Positions 17,426 through 28,900 of a stretch of DNA of 64,000 nt are shown here, one piece after another. How positions within the stretch are numbered: the first letter of the stretch is position 1; each line of letters starts with the position of its first letter. Location of the stretch: positions 62,687 to 126,686 of IMG/VR virus record IMGVR_UViG_3300045972_000140; one strand, given 5' to 3'. Position numbers and translations under genes: made by a program. The stretch is from a virus. The notes below the pieces were generated by a model. The model was not told where the DNA came from and did not search any database. It was given only the letters and a program-made list of their open reading frames with translations.

Positions 17426-18442
17426 TTATAACCTGTCGTAAATTTCTATCAAGGTTGCTGTTTCGTACGAATCACTGTTGATATTTGTAAGTTGTTCAAC
17501 AACTATCTGATCAACAGTCTGGAATGTAATATCGCCCTCGTAGTCTTTATTTGCATCCTCATCGGGATTTCTAATTAACTTAAATTCGCGAACACTATAT
17601 TGATCAACAAATGTTTCGCGCAAGAATGTTGCTTCTTCGTACGTAATGTCGCAATCTAAAATAACCTGTAGATATGTTTTGGGCTTAAGATAGATATCTG
17701 GATTAGCAAGTAACGCAGATAAATTAATGCTAATGAAGCGTGGACCACCTTCGTAATCAATGTACTCAGGCACGCCGCCCCACTCTAAGTACATTGCACC
17801 TCTTTCGAAATCCCACACATCGGCATAATTATGGCCAAAGGGATTTCCAATATAATGTACTTTGCCTTTTTCTTGACGCTTGTGGAAATGACCAGAAAAC
17901 ACTAAGTCCTGGTGCTCAAAGTGTGCAGGGTTTAATGCGCCGTGATCTGGCATTACAACAGATGCATTCATCTTGAAGCCAGGCAGTTCTAAGTGACCAA
18001 AGATATACTTAGTTTTTAGTTTTGCTACTTCTTTCCATTCCTCTTCTACTAGCCACGGAATAAGTGCAACATTACCTTCTACTATTGTTTTATCAACGAT
18101 TTCAATGTTAGCAAACTCGCCGCCGACAATCATAGAATGGATATCGCGTTTCTCGCGATAAAACAAATCATGATTGCCAACCATAATATAAGTTTTCTTA
18201 AAATAGTTGTTTAGTCTTCTTAGGGCCTGCATTGTATAATCCAGCGTAAGAATACTTACGTTGGATCTGTGGTGATGCCAATCTCCTAAGAAGAAGCAGG
18301 TATCACATTCGCGCAAATCGGCTTGTTCTATAACCCACTCGACGAAATCTAAACAATCCTGATTGTGATCTTTTGAATTGTGTCGTAAGCCGAAGTGGAT
18401 ATCAGTAAAACAAATAACCTTTTCAAATAGATTAGTGTTCAT
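17426..18442 (-). CDS. gp47: Recombination endonuclease nuclease subunit (gp47 / SbcD / Mre11)
   Basis: Metallophosphoesterase motifs DIHFG, GDWHH, GNHD, GHLE, SGHFH. Confidence 0.95.
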   Translation of the reverse strand: MNTNLFEKVICFTDIHFGLRHNSKDHNQDCLDFVEWVIEQADLRECDTCFFLGDWHHHRSNVSILTLDYTMQALRRLNNYFKKTYIMVGNHDLFYREKRDIHSMIVGGEFANIEIVDKTIVEGNVALIPWLVEEEWKEVAKLKTKYIFGHLELPGFKMNASVVMPDHGALNPAHFEHQDLVFSGHFHKRQEKGKVHYIGNPFGHNYADVWDFERGAMYLEWGGVPEYIDYEGGPRFISINLSALLANPDIYLKPKTYLQVILDCDITYEEATFLRETFVDQYSVREFKLIRNPDEDANKDYEGDITFQTVDQIVVEQLTNINSDSYETATLIEIYDRL

Positions 18443-19421
18443 CTTTAGCAGATTCCTGTGCATCTTCGCGCAAGTGTCTAATTTCGTTTTCTAATGCAAG
18501 CTGACGAGAAAAGCTAGGGCTTGCACCGCTATCGATTAGTAAGTCGTCACGTAGATCTTGATTTTTCTTTTCTAAATTAAATACACGAGTAAAGCTGTTA
18601 GAAACGCTTGCTGTATAATAGGAGAATGGGTTATCTGATTTATATTCATCAAATTGAAGTCCCATTTGTGACAGTTGCAATAATGCCTGCCCTTTCATTT
18701 CGTCTAAGTAAGTGTAACCGCGCCAGTTACCGCGTTGACCGTACTTATTAACCATTAAGATAAACATCTTTGCTAGTTTGCTAGTAATAGAACCGTGCTC
18801 TAAGCTAAATTTACCTTTTCTTGTGTGACTTCTACCTACTTCTTTAACCGCATTATTTTCAATAATGTAATGCTTGAAGGGATAGAAATTTAATTTAAGA
18901 TAACTGTCGGCTGTAGATTTTGGATTCTTCTTACGTCCGGGTGCAAGCGGAATATGTTCAAAACTTAATACGCGGAATACTAAATCGTCTTGCGATATAG
19001 TGTCTGGTTTAATTTTGTATTCTGCTAGCCTAGGTTTGGTATTCTTTGAAGTTACAATTGTTGTTGCTAGTGCTACTTCGTATGCTTGTGCTGCAATTCT
19101 TGCTGCTTTAGTTGCCTTAGCTTTTTCGATTGTTTCTGGCTTGAAGATATCATTTACATCTTCAACAATTACATCGTAATCGCAATATTTAGGATCAATG
19201 TATTCACAGAAAGTATTCTTACTCTTGTGAATTTCTTTTAACATATCCTTGTTGTTTAGATAATTTATTTTCTTTGCAGGAAATACAGAAGGTGCGGCAA
19301 CAACGTCTTCAACTTCTTCATCATCTTCGATTAGCTCCTCGACTGCTACTTCGTCTATTAATTCTTCTGATTCATCTATTTCTTCTAGAAAATCTTCGTC
19401 GGGGGTATCAATATCTGTCAT
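18432..19421 (-). CDS. gp55: Late-transcription sigma factor (gp55-like) with acidic N-terminus
   Basis: NYLNNKDMLKEI, NWRGYTYLDEM, FDEYKSDNPFSYYT; gp55-gp47-gp46 synteny. AGGAG precedes ATG 19421. Confidence 0.8.
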   Translation of the reverse strand: MTDIDTPDEDFLEEIDESEELIDEVAVEELIEDDEEVEDVVAAPSVFPAKKINYLNNKDMLKEIHKSKNTFCEYIDPKYCDYDVIVEDVNDIFKPETIEKAKATKAARIAAQAYEVALATTIVTSKNTKPRLAEYKIKPDTISQDDLVFRVLSFEHIPLAPGRKKNPKSTADSYLKLNFYPFKHYIIENNAVKEVGRSHTRKGKFSLEHGSITSKLAKMFILMVNKYGQRGNWRGYTYLDEMKGQALLQLSQMGLQFDEYKSDNPFSYYTASVSNSFTRVFNLEKKNQDLRDDLLIDSGASPSFSRQLALENEIRHLREDAQESAKDEH

Positions 19422-19449
19422 TAAGTTTCTCCTAAACAGGGTTAATAGT

Positions 19450-19478
19450 AGTATAGCGGTGGACTTCGCGATAGTCAA
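19450..19478 (-). promoter_or_regulatory. Sigma70-type promoter for the gp55-gp47-gp46 operon
   Basis: TTGACT-N17-TATACT on the minus strand. Confidence 0.8.
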
Positions 19479-19512
19479 GAGTTTCAGTATAAAAGTAGCC
19501 GTTTATGACCTT

Positions 19513-19520
19513 GATAAATA
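19513..19520 (+). promoter_or_regulatory. Late promoter for the baseplate operon
   Basis: GATAAATA 22 nt upstream of ATG 19543. Confidence 0.65.
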
Positions 19521-19542
19521 AGTAAAATAAGAGGATACAGAT

Positions 19543-20226
19543 ATGCCAGTACAAGATTTCAGAGCCAGATTGCAACCAAAAAGTAGGAGTGCGGCTGGAG
19601 ATATTCTTGGTGATAACGATTTTACTAATATCTTGTTTCCTTTATGGCAAACATTTGGGGTATTATTTCCATACACACCATCAGTTTCGACAGGCAGTGT
19701 CGCGGATTACGACCCGACTGGATTTATACATTCCAACTACGGGTATAACGCTTACATTAGGTCATACCCTAAGCCAATATCGATAAGTGCGGAATTTACA
19801 GCGCAGACAAACGATGAGGCACTATATTTATTATCGGTCATCCACTTCTTCCGTGCAGTTACGAAATCTTATTTTGGTGTGAATCCATATAACAAGGCTG
19901 GCACGCCGCCGCCCGTATTAGTTTTCAACTACTTAGGTCAATATCAGTTTAATAACGTACCCGTAGTTGTTAAGAACTTCGACTATACATACGAAGCCAA
20001 CATTGATTATGTACCAATCAATACATCTATGTTTGCTACATCCACATCTATTACTACCAAGCCTGTAAATTTAGCAGGAGCTTCTTCTAACGGATATACA
20101 TACGTGCCAACGCACTTAACTGTTAATTTAGAATTAGATACACAATATGTACCAATCGACTTAAGAAATAATTTTAACTTAGACGATTTTAGAAGTGGTA
20201 AGTTATATAATAAGGGATACATTTAA
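19543..20226 (+). CDS. Baseplate / tail tube initiator protein (gp48/gp54-like)
   Basis: LFPYTP, ISAEFTAQ, HFFRAVTK, GTPPPVL, FNNVPVVV; first gene of the baseplate block. Confidence 0.65.
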   Translation: MPVQDFRARLQPKSRSAAGDILGDNDFTNILFPLWQTFGVLFPYTPSVSTGSVADYDPTGFIHSNYGYNAYIRSYPKPISISAEFTAQTNDEALYLLSVIHFFRAVTKSYFGVNPYNKAGTPPPVLVFNYLGQYQFNNVPVVVKNFDYTYEANIDYVPINTSMFATSTSITTKPVNLAGASSNGYTYVPTHLTVNLELDTQYVPIDLRNNFNLDDFRSGKLYNKGYI

Positions 20227-20513
20227 TGGCTAATAATTTTAAAGATACAAGCCAATATCTCAATACACCGATTGTAAATTGGTATTTAGATTTGTGGGTA
20301 CCTAGGAATGTACCGAGTAGCGAGTTTGATAAGATCATAGTAATTCCTGCAGCGTTCGATCAACGCCCCGACTTATTAAGTCAACAGGAATATGGAACAC
20401 CCAGATTGTGGTGGGTATTCTGTATGCGTAATCCGGATTTAATAATAGATCCTATAAACGATTTCCTAGCAGGACTAGAGATATTTGTTCCACAAAACAT
20501 TTTAAAGCAATAA
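20226..20513 (+). CDS. Baseplate wedge protein (gp53-like, LysM-like)
   Basis: RPDLLSQQEYGTPRLWWVFCMRNPD..DPI.DF.AG. Confidence 0.85.
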   Translation: MANNFKDTSQYLNTPIVNWYLDLWVPRNVPSSEFDKIIVIPAAFDQRPDLLSQQEYGTPRLWWVFCMRNPDLIIDPINDFLAGLEIFVPQNILKQ

Positions 20514-20514
20514 T

Positions 20515-23178
20515 ATGGCATTCGGACCACCAGAAAATTTTAATACTGATTTTTATGCAGGTAAAGGAAATCAGGGAAGCAGGTATTACGGAGTAAGTGA
20601 TAAAAAATTCGGTGGCGGTCGTGGAAGTCGAGGTGGTCCCACCTTAGCCCAGGCAACGTCTGCAAATAACGGCAGCGGCCGTGGCTCCATTTACGAAACA
20701 GTTAACGGAGAAGAGCACAATGCATATGTGCATAAGACAGATAACGTAAATGCGTCAGCTGATAATATTAAATTAGATTTCCAGCCTAATCTGTTAGATA
20801 ATTACGATGCCGTAACATACCATTTCAAATTCTTTATGACATCCTCACAAGATGCATATAGTGGCAATGTATTAGATCCTACAGCTCAGGTTATTATTGC
20901 AGAAAGCGGGGTATCTGACTTAACAATTGACGGTGTAACATTTGATGCTATTGCTGTACCTTCTGTTGAGGCAGGTACAGGAACACAAATACGAGTTAAA
21001 TTTGATATTGTAGAACCTGCAGGCGCCGGTTTATTAGATAAGATATTTTATGAATCGTTAGATTTAGGAATATCTAATTGGGCTACCATGCCTATATTTT
21101 TGCAATTAGAATTTAGAGCCCGGAACCCCGACACATCTAATTCTGACGCCGATGGCGCACCAGGATCATTAGGTAACTTACGTTGGTTGTGGGCATTAAA
21201 AATTAATAATATCAAAGCCGACGTTACGCAAATGGGTACACGATATACATTTGAAGCAATTTTGTATAATGAGTTTGCCCAATCTAATGCGTGCTTTACT
21301 TTATTAAATAACGTATCTCTAGAGAAAATTGATACAGTGCAAAACGCAATTAGCGAATTACAAGATAAATTAAATAAAGATCAATTATTAAGAACGCTAG
21401 ATAACTACGGCCTGCCCGATGTTTATAATTTTGTGATTGATGACAAAATTAAAGGTTATAAGATACATCCTAATAAGAATAATACAGATCCTAAACGTAA
21501 TGACTCATTTGCTACATGGGATGCTAAGTCTGCGCAGTTTACATCTGGTACTAGTATTGATAAGATTATAGACTCTATATTAGCGCATACCGAAGAATAT
21601 CAGAAGGCAATGATAGGTGCCACTGCCACCGGTAATGACGGTGAACCCATTAACGCCGAAATTAGTAAAATGAAAAGCTTCTGGAGAATTATCACAGAAT
21701 CTAGACCGTTTGCGTTTGATAAAAGGCGCGGCGATTATGCTAATGAATTTTCTATATTTGTTATCGATTACGATATCGGTGTATTGGATGCAAATATATT
21801 TCAGACAGCAAACATAACAAAAGAAGATAGTTTAAATAGATTTGCTACCTACGTTAACAAGGGCATTCTTAAGAAGAAATATAACTACATTTTTACAGGG
21901 TTAAATGACCAAATTCTGGGACTTGACTTAGTTTTTAACCAGGCATTCTCTGTTGCATCTTCTAGATACGGCGGTGTATATATTAATTCATCGGCAAGTG
22001 ATTACGGACCTGTAGCGCAAGATGATTCAAAAGATCAACTCGAAGTAACAAAAAAACTGCGTGATTATATAAAAATGCAGAATGATGCTACAACATCAAC
22101 TACATCGTTAGTTAGGGCGCTCGATGATTATATGATATCGTTAGATGCGGCAAAATTACCGGAGCAAACAAAAAACCAGTATGCCGCTGTACTAGCGGCT
22201 CAAAAGCCTGGCGCTAAAATTGATTTATCGGTATACGGCAATAACTATAAACGATTAACAGATAAAACTGTTGAACCAGATAAAGCTCAGTACCCTCGCC
22301 AACTAGCAGGTTATACACAAAATGGATCTGTAGTAACTCCGGCGTTTGTTTCGGACATTAATTTAAAATCAGAACAAACGTTAAATGTATATAAGAACTA
22401 TCTAGCCGGTGGTGCCGGGGGTCAAATGCGCCCTATGTCATTTAGAGAGGGTTCGCAGGAAAAATCAACAGGACAAGGTATTGAATCTGGTAGCGATTCT
22501 GGTGTCGTAAAACTAGCTAATATATTTTCATTGGCACTACATTCCGCGAATGATGTTAATCTCATCAAACTTAAAATTAATATCAAGGGAGATCCGTTTT
22601 GGCTATTTCCACATCCTGTGTCCGGCACATCGATTATACCTAACGCCGAGAAAGACCCAACTGAGGCAATTAATTTCTTAAAAGGTAGTCAGAATACAAT
22701 ACCAAATGCTGTAAATTTATATGGTGCCGATAATTATATTATTGTTAGATTTAGAACTCCGCGGATATATAACATACAAAACAATGACGGCGACTTAGAT
22801 CCGTACACCGAAGTTGACACATTTAGTGGAGTGTATAGAGTTATTAGGGTAAACAGCACATTCGAAACCGGAAAGTTCTCTCAAATGTTAGATTGCCAAC
22901 TTGATTATATTATAAAAATGGAAGACATTCAGGATTTAATAGAAGAGAACGCCAAGTTAAAAGATATTCCTTCTACAGTACAATCATTTTATCCTGCAGC
23001 ACCAGAAAGTACATACGATGCATCTAATGCGCCAGATCAAACTACGGCTGAAACAGCAAGGCTGAATGCCGGCACAATAACACAATCGGCTGCAGAAACA
23101 GCAAGATTAGCTAGAAGTGGTTACCAAACTCAGTCAGACGCACTACAGGCAAGATTAAAGAAGGCAATACAGACATAA
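20515..23178 (+). CDS. Baseplate hub protein (gp27-like), enlarged
   Basis: Lies between gp53 and gp5; C-terminal INIKGDPFWL and FSGVYRVIRVNSTFETGKFSQ motifs are typical of hub proteins. Confidence 0.6.
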   Translation: MAFGPPENFNTDFYAGKGNQGSRYYGVSDKKFGGGRGSRGGPTLAQATSANNGSGRGSIYETVNGEEHNAYVHKTDNVNASADNIKLDFQPNLLDNYDAVTYHFKFFMTSSQDAYSGNVLDPTAQVIIAESGVSDLTIDGVTFDAIAVPSVEAGTGTQIRVKFDIVEPAGAGLLDKIFYESLDLGISNWATMPIFLQLEFRARNPDTSNSDADGAPGSLGNLRWLWALKINNIKADVTQMGTRYTFEAILYNEFAQSNACFTLLNNVSLEKIDTVQNAISELQDKLNKDQLLRTLDNYGLPDVYNFVIDDKIKGYKIHPNKNNTDPKRNDSFATWDAKSAQFTSGTSIDKIIDSILAHTEEYQKAMIGATATGNDGEPINAEISKMKSFWRIITESRPFAFDKRRGDYANEFSIFVIDYDIGVLDANIFQTANITKEDSLNRFATYVNKGILKKKYNYIFTGLNDQILGLDLVFNQAFSVASSRYGGVYINSSASDYGPVAQDDSKDQLEVTKKLRDYIKMQNDATTSTTSLVRALDDYMISLDAAKLPEQTKNQYAAVLAAQKPGAKIDLSVYGNNYKRLTDKTVEPDKAQYPRQLAGYTQNGSVVTPAFVSDINLKSEQTLNVYKNYLAGGAGGQMRPMSFREGSQEKSTGQGIESGSDSGVVKLANIFSLALHSANDVNLIKLKINIKGDPFWLFPHPVSGTSIIPNAEKDPTEAINFLKGSQNTIPNAVNLYGADNYIIVRFRTPRIYNIQNNDGDLDPYTEVDTFSGVYRVIRVNSTFETGKFSQMLDCQLDYIIKMEDIQDLIEENAKLKDIPSTVQSFYPAAPESTYDASNAPDQTTAETARLNAGTITQSAAETARLARSGYQTQSDALQARLKKAIQT

Positions 23179-23179
23179 G

Positions 23180-25471
23180 ATGGCATATTTAGATACAAAT
23201 GCAAGGACAGTTGGTGTACCAACAAATGATAAATTTCAACCGTTAGGTAGATCAAATTCCTTATTTGGTGTTTTTAGAGGATTCGTAAAACGTGCCGATG
23301 ATGTGCAGAAAATGGGTCGACTTCAGGTATGGATTCCCGAATTTGGTTCAGCACCGGCAATCGAAGAAGGTTGGATAACAGTAAGTTACTGTTCGCCATT
23401 TGCTGGGTCTACCAATACGGCAACCGCAAGTAAGGCAGATATTAAACAATTCGAGGGCACAGAAACTTCATACGGTATGTGGATGGTTACACCGGACGTA
23501 AACACACAAGTTCTTGTGATGTTTATTAATGGCGAATCCGATAAGGGTATATGGATAGGATCGTTGTATAACCAATTTATGAATAATATGGTACCTGCAA
23601 TGGCAGCAAGTACTGACAACTATCAATACAACGGCAAATATATACCTGTAGCTGAATATAATAAATGGGACACAAGCGTGGTGCAACCCGATGCTACAAC
23701 TAAACCATATGAAAGCACGAAGTTTAAGGGCGTGGGAAATCAAGGATTAATCAATGATATTCAGCGTGGCGTCACCAGCACAAGTGCTAGGCGTGAATCA
23801 CCTAGTAAGGTATTTGGTATTATTACACCGGGCCCAGTTATTGACGAAAGTGCAACACCCGAAAATATTCGCCGTAAGGGTGGATCATCTTTTATTATGG
23901 ATGATTTGACAGGTAGTGAATATGTTAAGTTAGCTACAAAATCTGGTGCACAGATTACATTAAACGAAACCACAGGCGAGGTTTATTTAATAAACAGAGA
24001 CGGTACTGCCTGGGTACAAATGGATCAGTATGGCAATATAGATATTTTTGGTGCAACTAATATATCTATGCGAGCTCAGCGTGATGTTAATATTCGCGCA
24101 GATAGAAATGTTAATATTGAAGCTGGCCAGAATATCTATATGAAGGCTGCAAAAGATACAACTGAAACCACAACTACATTTACATACGATGTGAATAATG
24201 TCCCTAAACCATCAACAATACCTTACTGGAAATATGTAGGTGAAGGCAAAGGCCAGGGCGGTAATATTGTTACACAAGCACTAAATAGTACACACACTAC
24301 TGTTAAGAATAACGCATATATTACAGTTGATGTTAATATGGAAATAAAAGTAGGTGGCACAATTGACACATCTGCAGCACTTCATAATTTAACAGCATCC
24401 GTTATCACAAACGAAGGTGCAGTAAAGATTGGTAGCGGTAATACCGGGACCCTTGATGTAACAGGTGCAGTTGCGTTCGGATCAACACTCGGTGTTCTTA
24501 ACGGAATAAATGCTGCCAGTGGAAGTTTTCTTGGCAATGTAACAGGCGACCAAGGGCTATTCTATAGTATACCCGGTGTACAAGACGGTAGTGGTGCAAC
24601 ACCAAAGGCCGGTCCCGGTACAGCTGGTAGTTCTGTAACAATTACACCACCTGATCCTCCTATCTCTGCAGAAGTTAAACCAATGCTAGATAAAATGAAT
24701 ATTTTAGCAGTATGGAAAGATCCCGAGTCTAAATTTAAACGTAATGCCGAAGCTATGTCAACTACGGTAACAAGATTACCAACATACGAATCCTGCCCAG
24801 AACACGAAACATTTACCTATAAAGCTGTTTCTGGATATACGCCTAAATTAAATGAAGGCGATAAAACATACGAGGGATCTGGTGGCGCAGGTAATACACC
24901 ACCACCAACTGTTCCCGTTAATACTACACCCGGTGCTAACAACACAGAAATTCCGCAAGAATCGCCAGCAGACAGCGTTGTTACAAAAGATTTTAATATG
25001 GCTGCGTATCAGTGCCAATTAAAGATTCACGAAGGTGTTAAATATGTTTCATATCTAGACTCAGTTGGTTTACCGACAGGTGGTATTGGGCATCTACTAC
25101 GGTCTAATGAAGTGCCTCTATATCCGGTCCCAACGCCTATTCTTGAATCGCAGGTTGCAACGTGGTTTAATCAAGATGCGCCAACATCTATTAAAGGTGC
25201 ACAAGAATTACTAGGCATTGATGTCTGGGGTGATCTATCCGATGTTAGAAAACGTGCGTGCGCAGACTTATGCTATAATATGGGAAAAGGTCGACTTTCT
25301 AAATTTACACGCTTCATTGCAGGTATGAAATCGGGAGACTGGAATCTTGCAGGCGCATCTTTAAGAGACTCAAAATGGTTTACACAGGTTGGTCGCAGAG
25401 GCCCTAACATTATTACAATGGTAGTACAAAATGTGGACCCTAACGGATGTGATAAGAAATTCCCTGCATAA
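23180..25471 (+). CDS. gp5: Baseplate central spike (gp5-like) with C-terminal T4-type lysozyme
   Basis: N-terminal OB-fold (DDVQKMGRLQVWIPEF), beta-helix-like repeats, and a GH24 triad HEGVKYVSYLDSVGLPTGGIGH (E-x8-D-x5-T). Confidence 0.88.
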   Translation: MAYLDTNARTVGVPTNDKFQPLGRSNSLFGVFRGFVKRADDVQKMGRLQVWIPEFGSAPAIEEGWITVSYCSPFAGSTNTATASKADIKQFEGTETSYGMWMVTPDVNTQVLVMFINGESDKGIWIGSLYNQFMNNMVPAMAASTDNYQYNGKYIPVAEYNKWDTSVVQPDATTKPYESTKFKGVGNQGLINDIQRGVTSTSARRESPSKVFGIITPGPVIDESATPENIRRKGGSSFIMDDLTGSEYVKLATKSGAQITLNETTGEVYLINRDGTAWVQMDQYGNIDIFGATNISMRAQRDVNIRADRNVNIEAGQNIYMKAAKDTTETTTTFTYDVNNVPKPSTIPYWKYVGEGKGQGGNIVTQALNSTHTTVKNNAYITVDVNMEIKVGGTIDTSAALHNLTASVITNEGAVKIGSGNTGTLDVTGAVAFGSTLGVLNGINAASGSFLGNVTGDQGLFYSIPGVQDGSGATPKAGPGTAGSSVTITPPDPPISAEVKPMLDKMNILAVWKDPESKFKRNAEAMSTTVTRLPTYESCPEHETFTYKAVSGYTPKLNEGDKTYEGSGGAGNTPPPTVPVNTTPGANNTEIPQESPADSVVTKDFNMAAYQCQLKIHEGVKYVSYLDSVGLPTGGIGHLLRSNEVPLYPVPTPILESQVATWFNQDAPTSIKGAQELLGIDVWGDLSDVRKRACADLCYNMGKGRLSKFTRFIAGMKSGDWNLAGASLRDSKWFTQVGRRGPNIITMVVQNVDPNGCDKKFPA

Positions 25472-25518
25472 TAAACATACCATATAATTTTCTTGATAAA
25501 TAACAAAAAGAGAATAAT

Positions 25519-25938
25519 ATGGCATCAAATCAATCCGGCTTAGTTCAGAAAACAGTAAAAACAAGGAAGCCCTACTTTGTAGGCTTCAACACGGTTGACC
25601 AACCACTGCCACCTTATTCGCTAACGAATGTCGAGTTAATTAAAAGAGATCTAAATAACCAATTTGCAACACCTATGGGTGCTCGTGTAATGCTGCCAAC
25701 ATTTGGCACAAGAATTTACGAGTATTTGTTTGATCCTTTCGACGAATATACTAAGAATACAATCATAGAAGATGCAGTTCGCGTTGTTCAGTCCGAACCA
25801 CGTGTTGAACTAGTAGGAATTGATGTTTACCAAGAAGACCAGGCATTAAATATTGTTATGGTTTTGTTATTTAAACCAGAGTCAATTACTGATAATATGT
25901 TTGTTACATTCTCACTTAAAGACAAGGAATCATTCTAA
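25519..25938 (+). CDS. gp25: Baseplate wedge protein (gp25-like)
   Basis: LIKRDLNNQFATPMGARVMLPTFGTRIYEYLFDP, EPRV. GATAAATA at 25495-25502 upstream. Confidence 0.9.
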   Translation: MASNQSGLVQKTVKTRKPYFVGFNTVDQPLPPYSLTNVELIKRDLNNQFATPMGARVMLPTFGTRIYEYLFDPFDEYTKNTIIEDAVRVVQSEPRVELVGIDVYQEDQALNIVMVLLFKPESITDNMFVTFSLKDKESF

Positions 25939-28900
25939 TGTCAGAATCAATACGCCAGAGTAACTTATTTGCAGCCGAAGATTATCAAAAGGTTTTTAAA
26001 GCCTATCAGTTTATTGATTATACAGCGTATGACTTTGATACTCTTAAACAAGCACTAATTAATTACATACAAACATACTACCCGGAAGATTTCAATGACT
26101 ATATTGAAAGTTCTGAGTTTATTGCTATTATTGAATTGCTTGCATACTTTGGTACAAGCCTTGCATTTAGAACAGATTTAAACAGTCGCGAAAACTTTAT
26201 CGATACTGCTACACGTAGAGAAAGTATTATACGTTTAGCGCAAATGGTCAACTACGTTCCGCGCAGAAATATACCTGCTAGTGGTTTATTTAAAATTGCT
26301 GCGGTACAAACTAATCAGCCATTAACAGATGCAAATGGTATTAATATTAACGACTTAACAATATACTGGAACGATCCTAATAATCCAGATTGGTTTGATC
26401 AGTTTGTACAAATATGCAATGCTTCGTTTAGTACATTAAATCCATTTGGCCGCCCTACAAAGAGTGGCACAATCGGCAGTATTCCTACAGACTTATACCA
26501 ACTTAATAATGTGTTACGCCAGAATGTTGTTTATGCTACATCTATAACAGTTAATGGTCAGTCATTCCCTATCGATGTTTGTAACCCTAATTTTATTACA
26601 AATCAGTCTATATTCGAACGCGCCCCTAACCCGTTAAATCCGTTTAACTTTATATACAGAAACGATAGCTTAGGTGTTGCATCCAATAACACCGGGTTCT
26701 TCTTATACTTTAAGCAAGGTAACTTAATTAATATAGATACTAATTTTGAGTTTCCTGTGCCTAATAGACTATTTCCTATTACTACACAAAATATTAACCA
26801 AGATGACGTGTATGTTCAAGAAACAGATCAAAACGGTAATGTTATTAACCAGTGGCTAAAAGTACCAGCATTGGCAGGTGAGAATATTATTTATAATAGT
26901 ATTCAATATGGCGAACGAAATATTTTCGATGTCATATCTGGTGCTAATGATACAGTTACTATTCGCTTTGCTGATGGTAATTTCGGTAATGTTCCTACGG
27001 GATTATTTAGATCTTGGGTACGTGTAAGTGCTAATCAGGACCTAGTAATCAGGCCAACTGACGCGCAAGGGTTACAGATAATAATTCCGTATATTGGCAA
27101 CGACCAGCAACAATATAATTTAACAGTCTATTTTAATTTAGAAACAACAAGTGGTAATGCTGCTGCGTCTGAAACAAATGACCAAATTAAATTACGTGCT
27201 CCAGAAGTATTCTCTACACAATCACGTATGGTTAACGGTAGCGATTACAATGTGCTACCGCTTGTTTATGGAAATCAGATTGCAAAGATCTCGGCAATAG
27301 ATAGAACCTATAGCGGCCAAAGTAGATATATTGATTTAAATGACCCAACCGGCTTCCATCGCGACCTAATTATATTTGGTCAAGATGGTGCACTATATAG
27401 AGATAATGCCGATGTGCTAGTCCAGGTTTCCAGGGATGCGTCTAACGCCGGAAATATTAATACTATTTTAATCAATTCTATACAAGAAATGTTAAGAGAT
27501 ACAAATGTATCTAAATTCTTTTATGATGAATACATAACCCAATTCGAAGAGAAAATAAGAGTTAATAAGCAAGTACCATCGGACACAGGGTATTCTATAT
27601 TAGATTTAAATAATCCATACCAGACACCACTTATCTGGAGAACAAGTCCTGCTAAGTTTAAGAATACAACAGGGTACTTTTCCGATGTAATAAACGGTGA
27701 CACATCTACAGCGCAGGTTTTAGTTAATTCTCTTGATCCATTAAATACGGCCAGCGGCACATATCAACCTTGGGGTATGATAACAAGTGGATCAGTATTA
27801 GAATTTAATGTGCAATCTGCATCAGTAAATTCTATAATACAAAACGGTTTGCCTCTTATTGCTAATCCATTAAATCCTTATGCAGATATCGGGCCAGTAG
27901 AATTAGGCGTAGACGTGCAAACTAACACAGCAGCTACAAAGTTATATCCCGAATTTAGAAACGAATTAACTACAAACGAAATAAACGAAGTAATATTCAG
28001 AATAAACGACGGTATTTCGTTCTGGTTATATTACGATCTATTAACTAATGAGTGGCATACTTCGACTGCTGCTACACCGGGTATTGCAGATCAATCGCAG
28101 CAACCGTGGATCTATCCGGTACCAACTGCAGGTAGTATATATTCGACGTGGTCAAATCATCCAGACAGCGGCTTGTTATATGTAACTATTGCAAGTAATA
28201 ATGAAATTGCGAGTACAACATATGATTTAACAGCACGTGGTCGTTCGTATGTTTTTGAGTCATACAGAGATGTTAGATTCTATTGGGAACCTAATCAAAT
28301 TATTATTGATAATGCATCGGGTCTTGCATTACAAGATACTATTGAGGTTATGCCTTTTGTTAATACAAATTCTCTTGTGAATAATAATGATCCCGTTATT
28401 CCACCGGCACCTGTACAACCATTTCTTCAATCCGCTGTCAATTTTACTATATCGGGTGTATACACACAAGATGATGGCTATCAGGATGAATCTAAAGTTC
28501 AGGTATCGTTAATAGATGCTAATAACGACGGCATACCAGACGATCCTGCGGGATTCGATAAAGTAGTATCAGAAAAAGATAGAATTGTATTTGAATATTA
28601 CACAAACGAAGTATCGGGCTACCAAAGTACTCGTCCGTGGGTTGCTAACTGGGGATTAGAGTTATCAACTTGGACAGATAAGATTTACGTTTATATTCCA
28701 ATATACTCCGGTGCATTACAGGGTTCTCCGTATCTAACTAATACATATCAACCTGATCCATTAAACCCGGTAGCTACCAAAATTATATACATGAATGATA
28801 CAGATCTTGTGTTCTTACCTAATTCTATAATCCCTGGTGGCAAAACACAAATGGAAGATATAGCTATTCAATTATCTGCGTTCTTTAACGACCCAACAAT

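Noticed and set aside
19422-19478. Longer TTG start for gp55 given by the ORF track
   Set aside because: That TTG is the -35 box of a sigma70 promoter, and ATG 19421 has an AGGAG SD.
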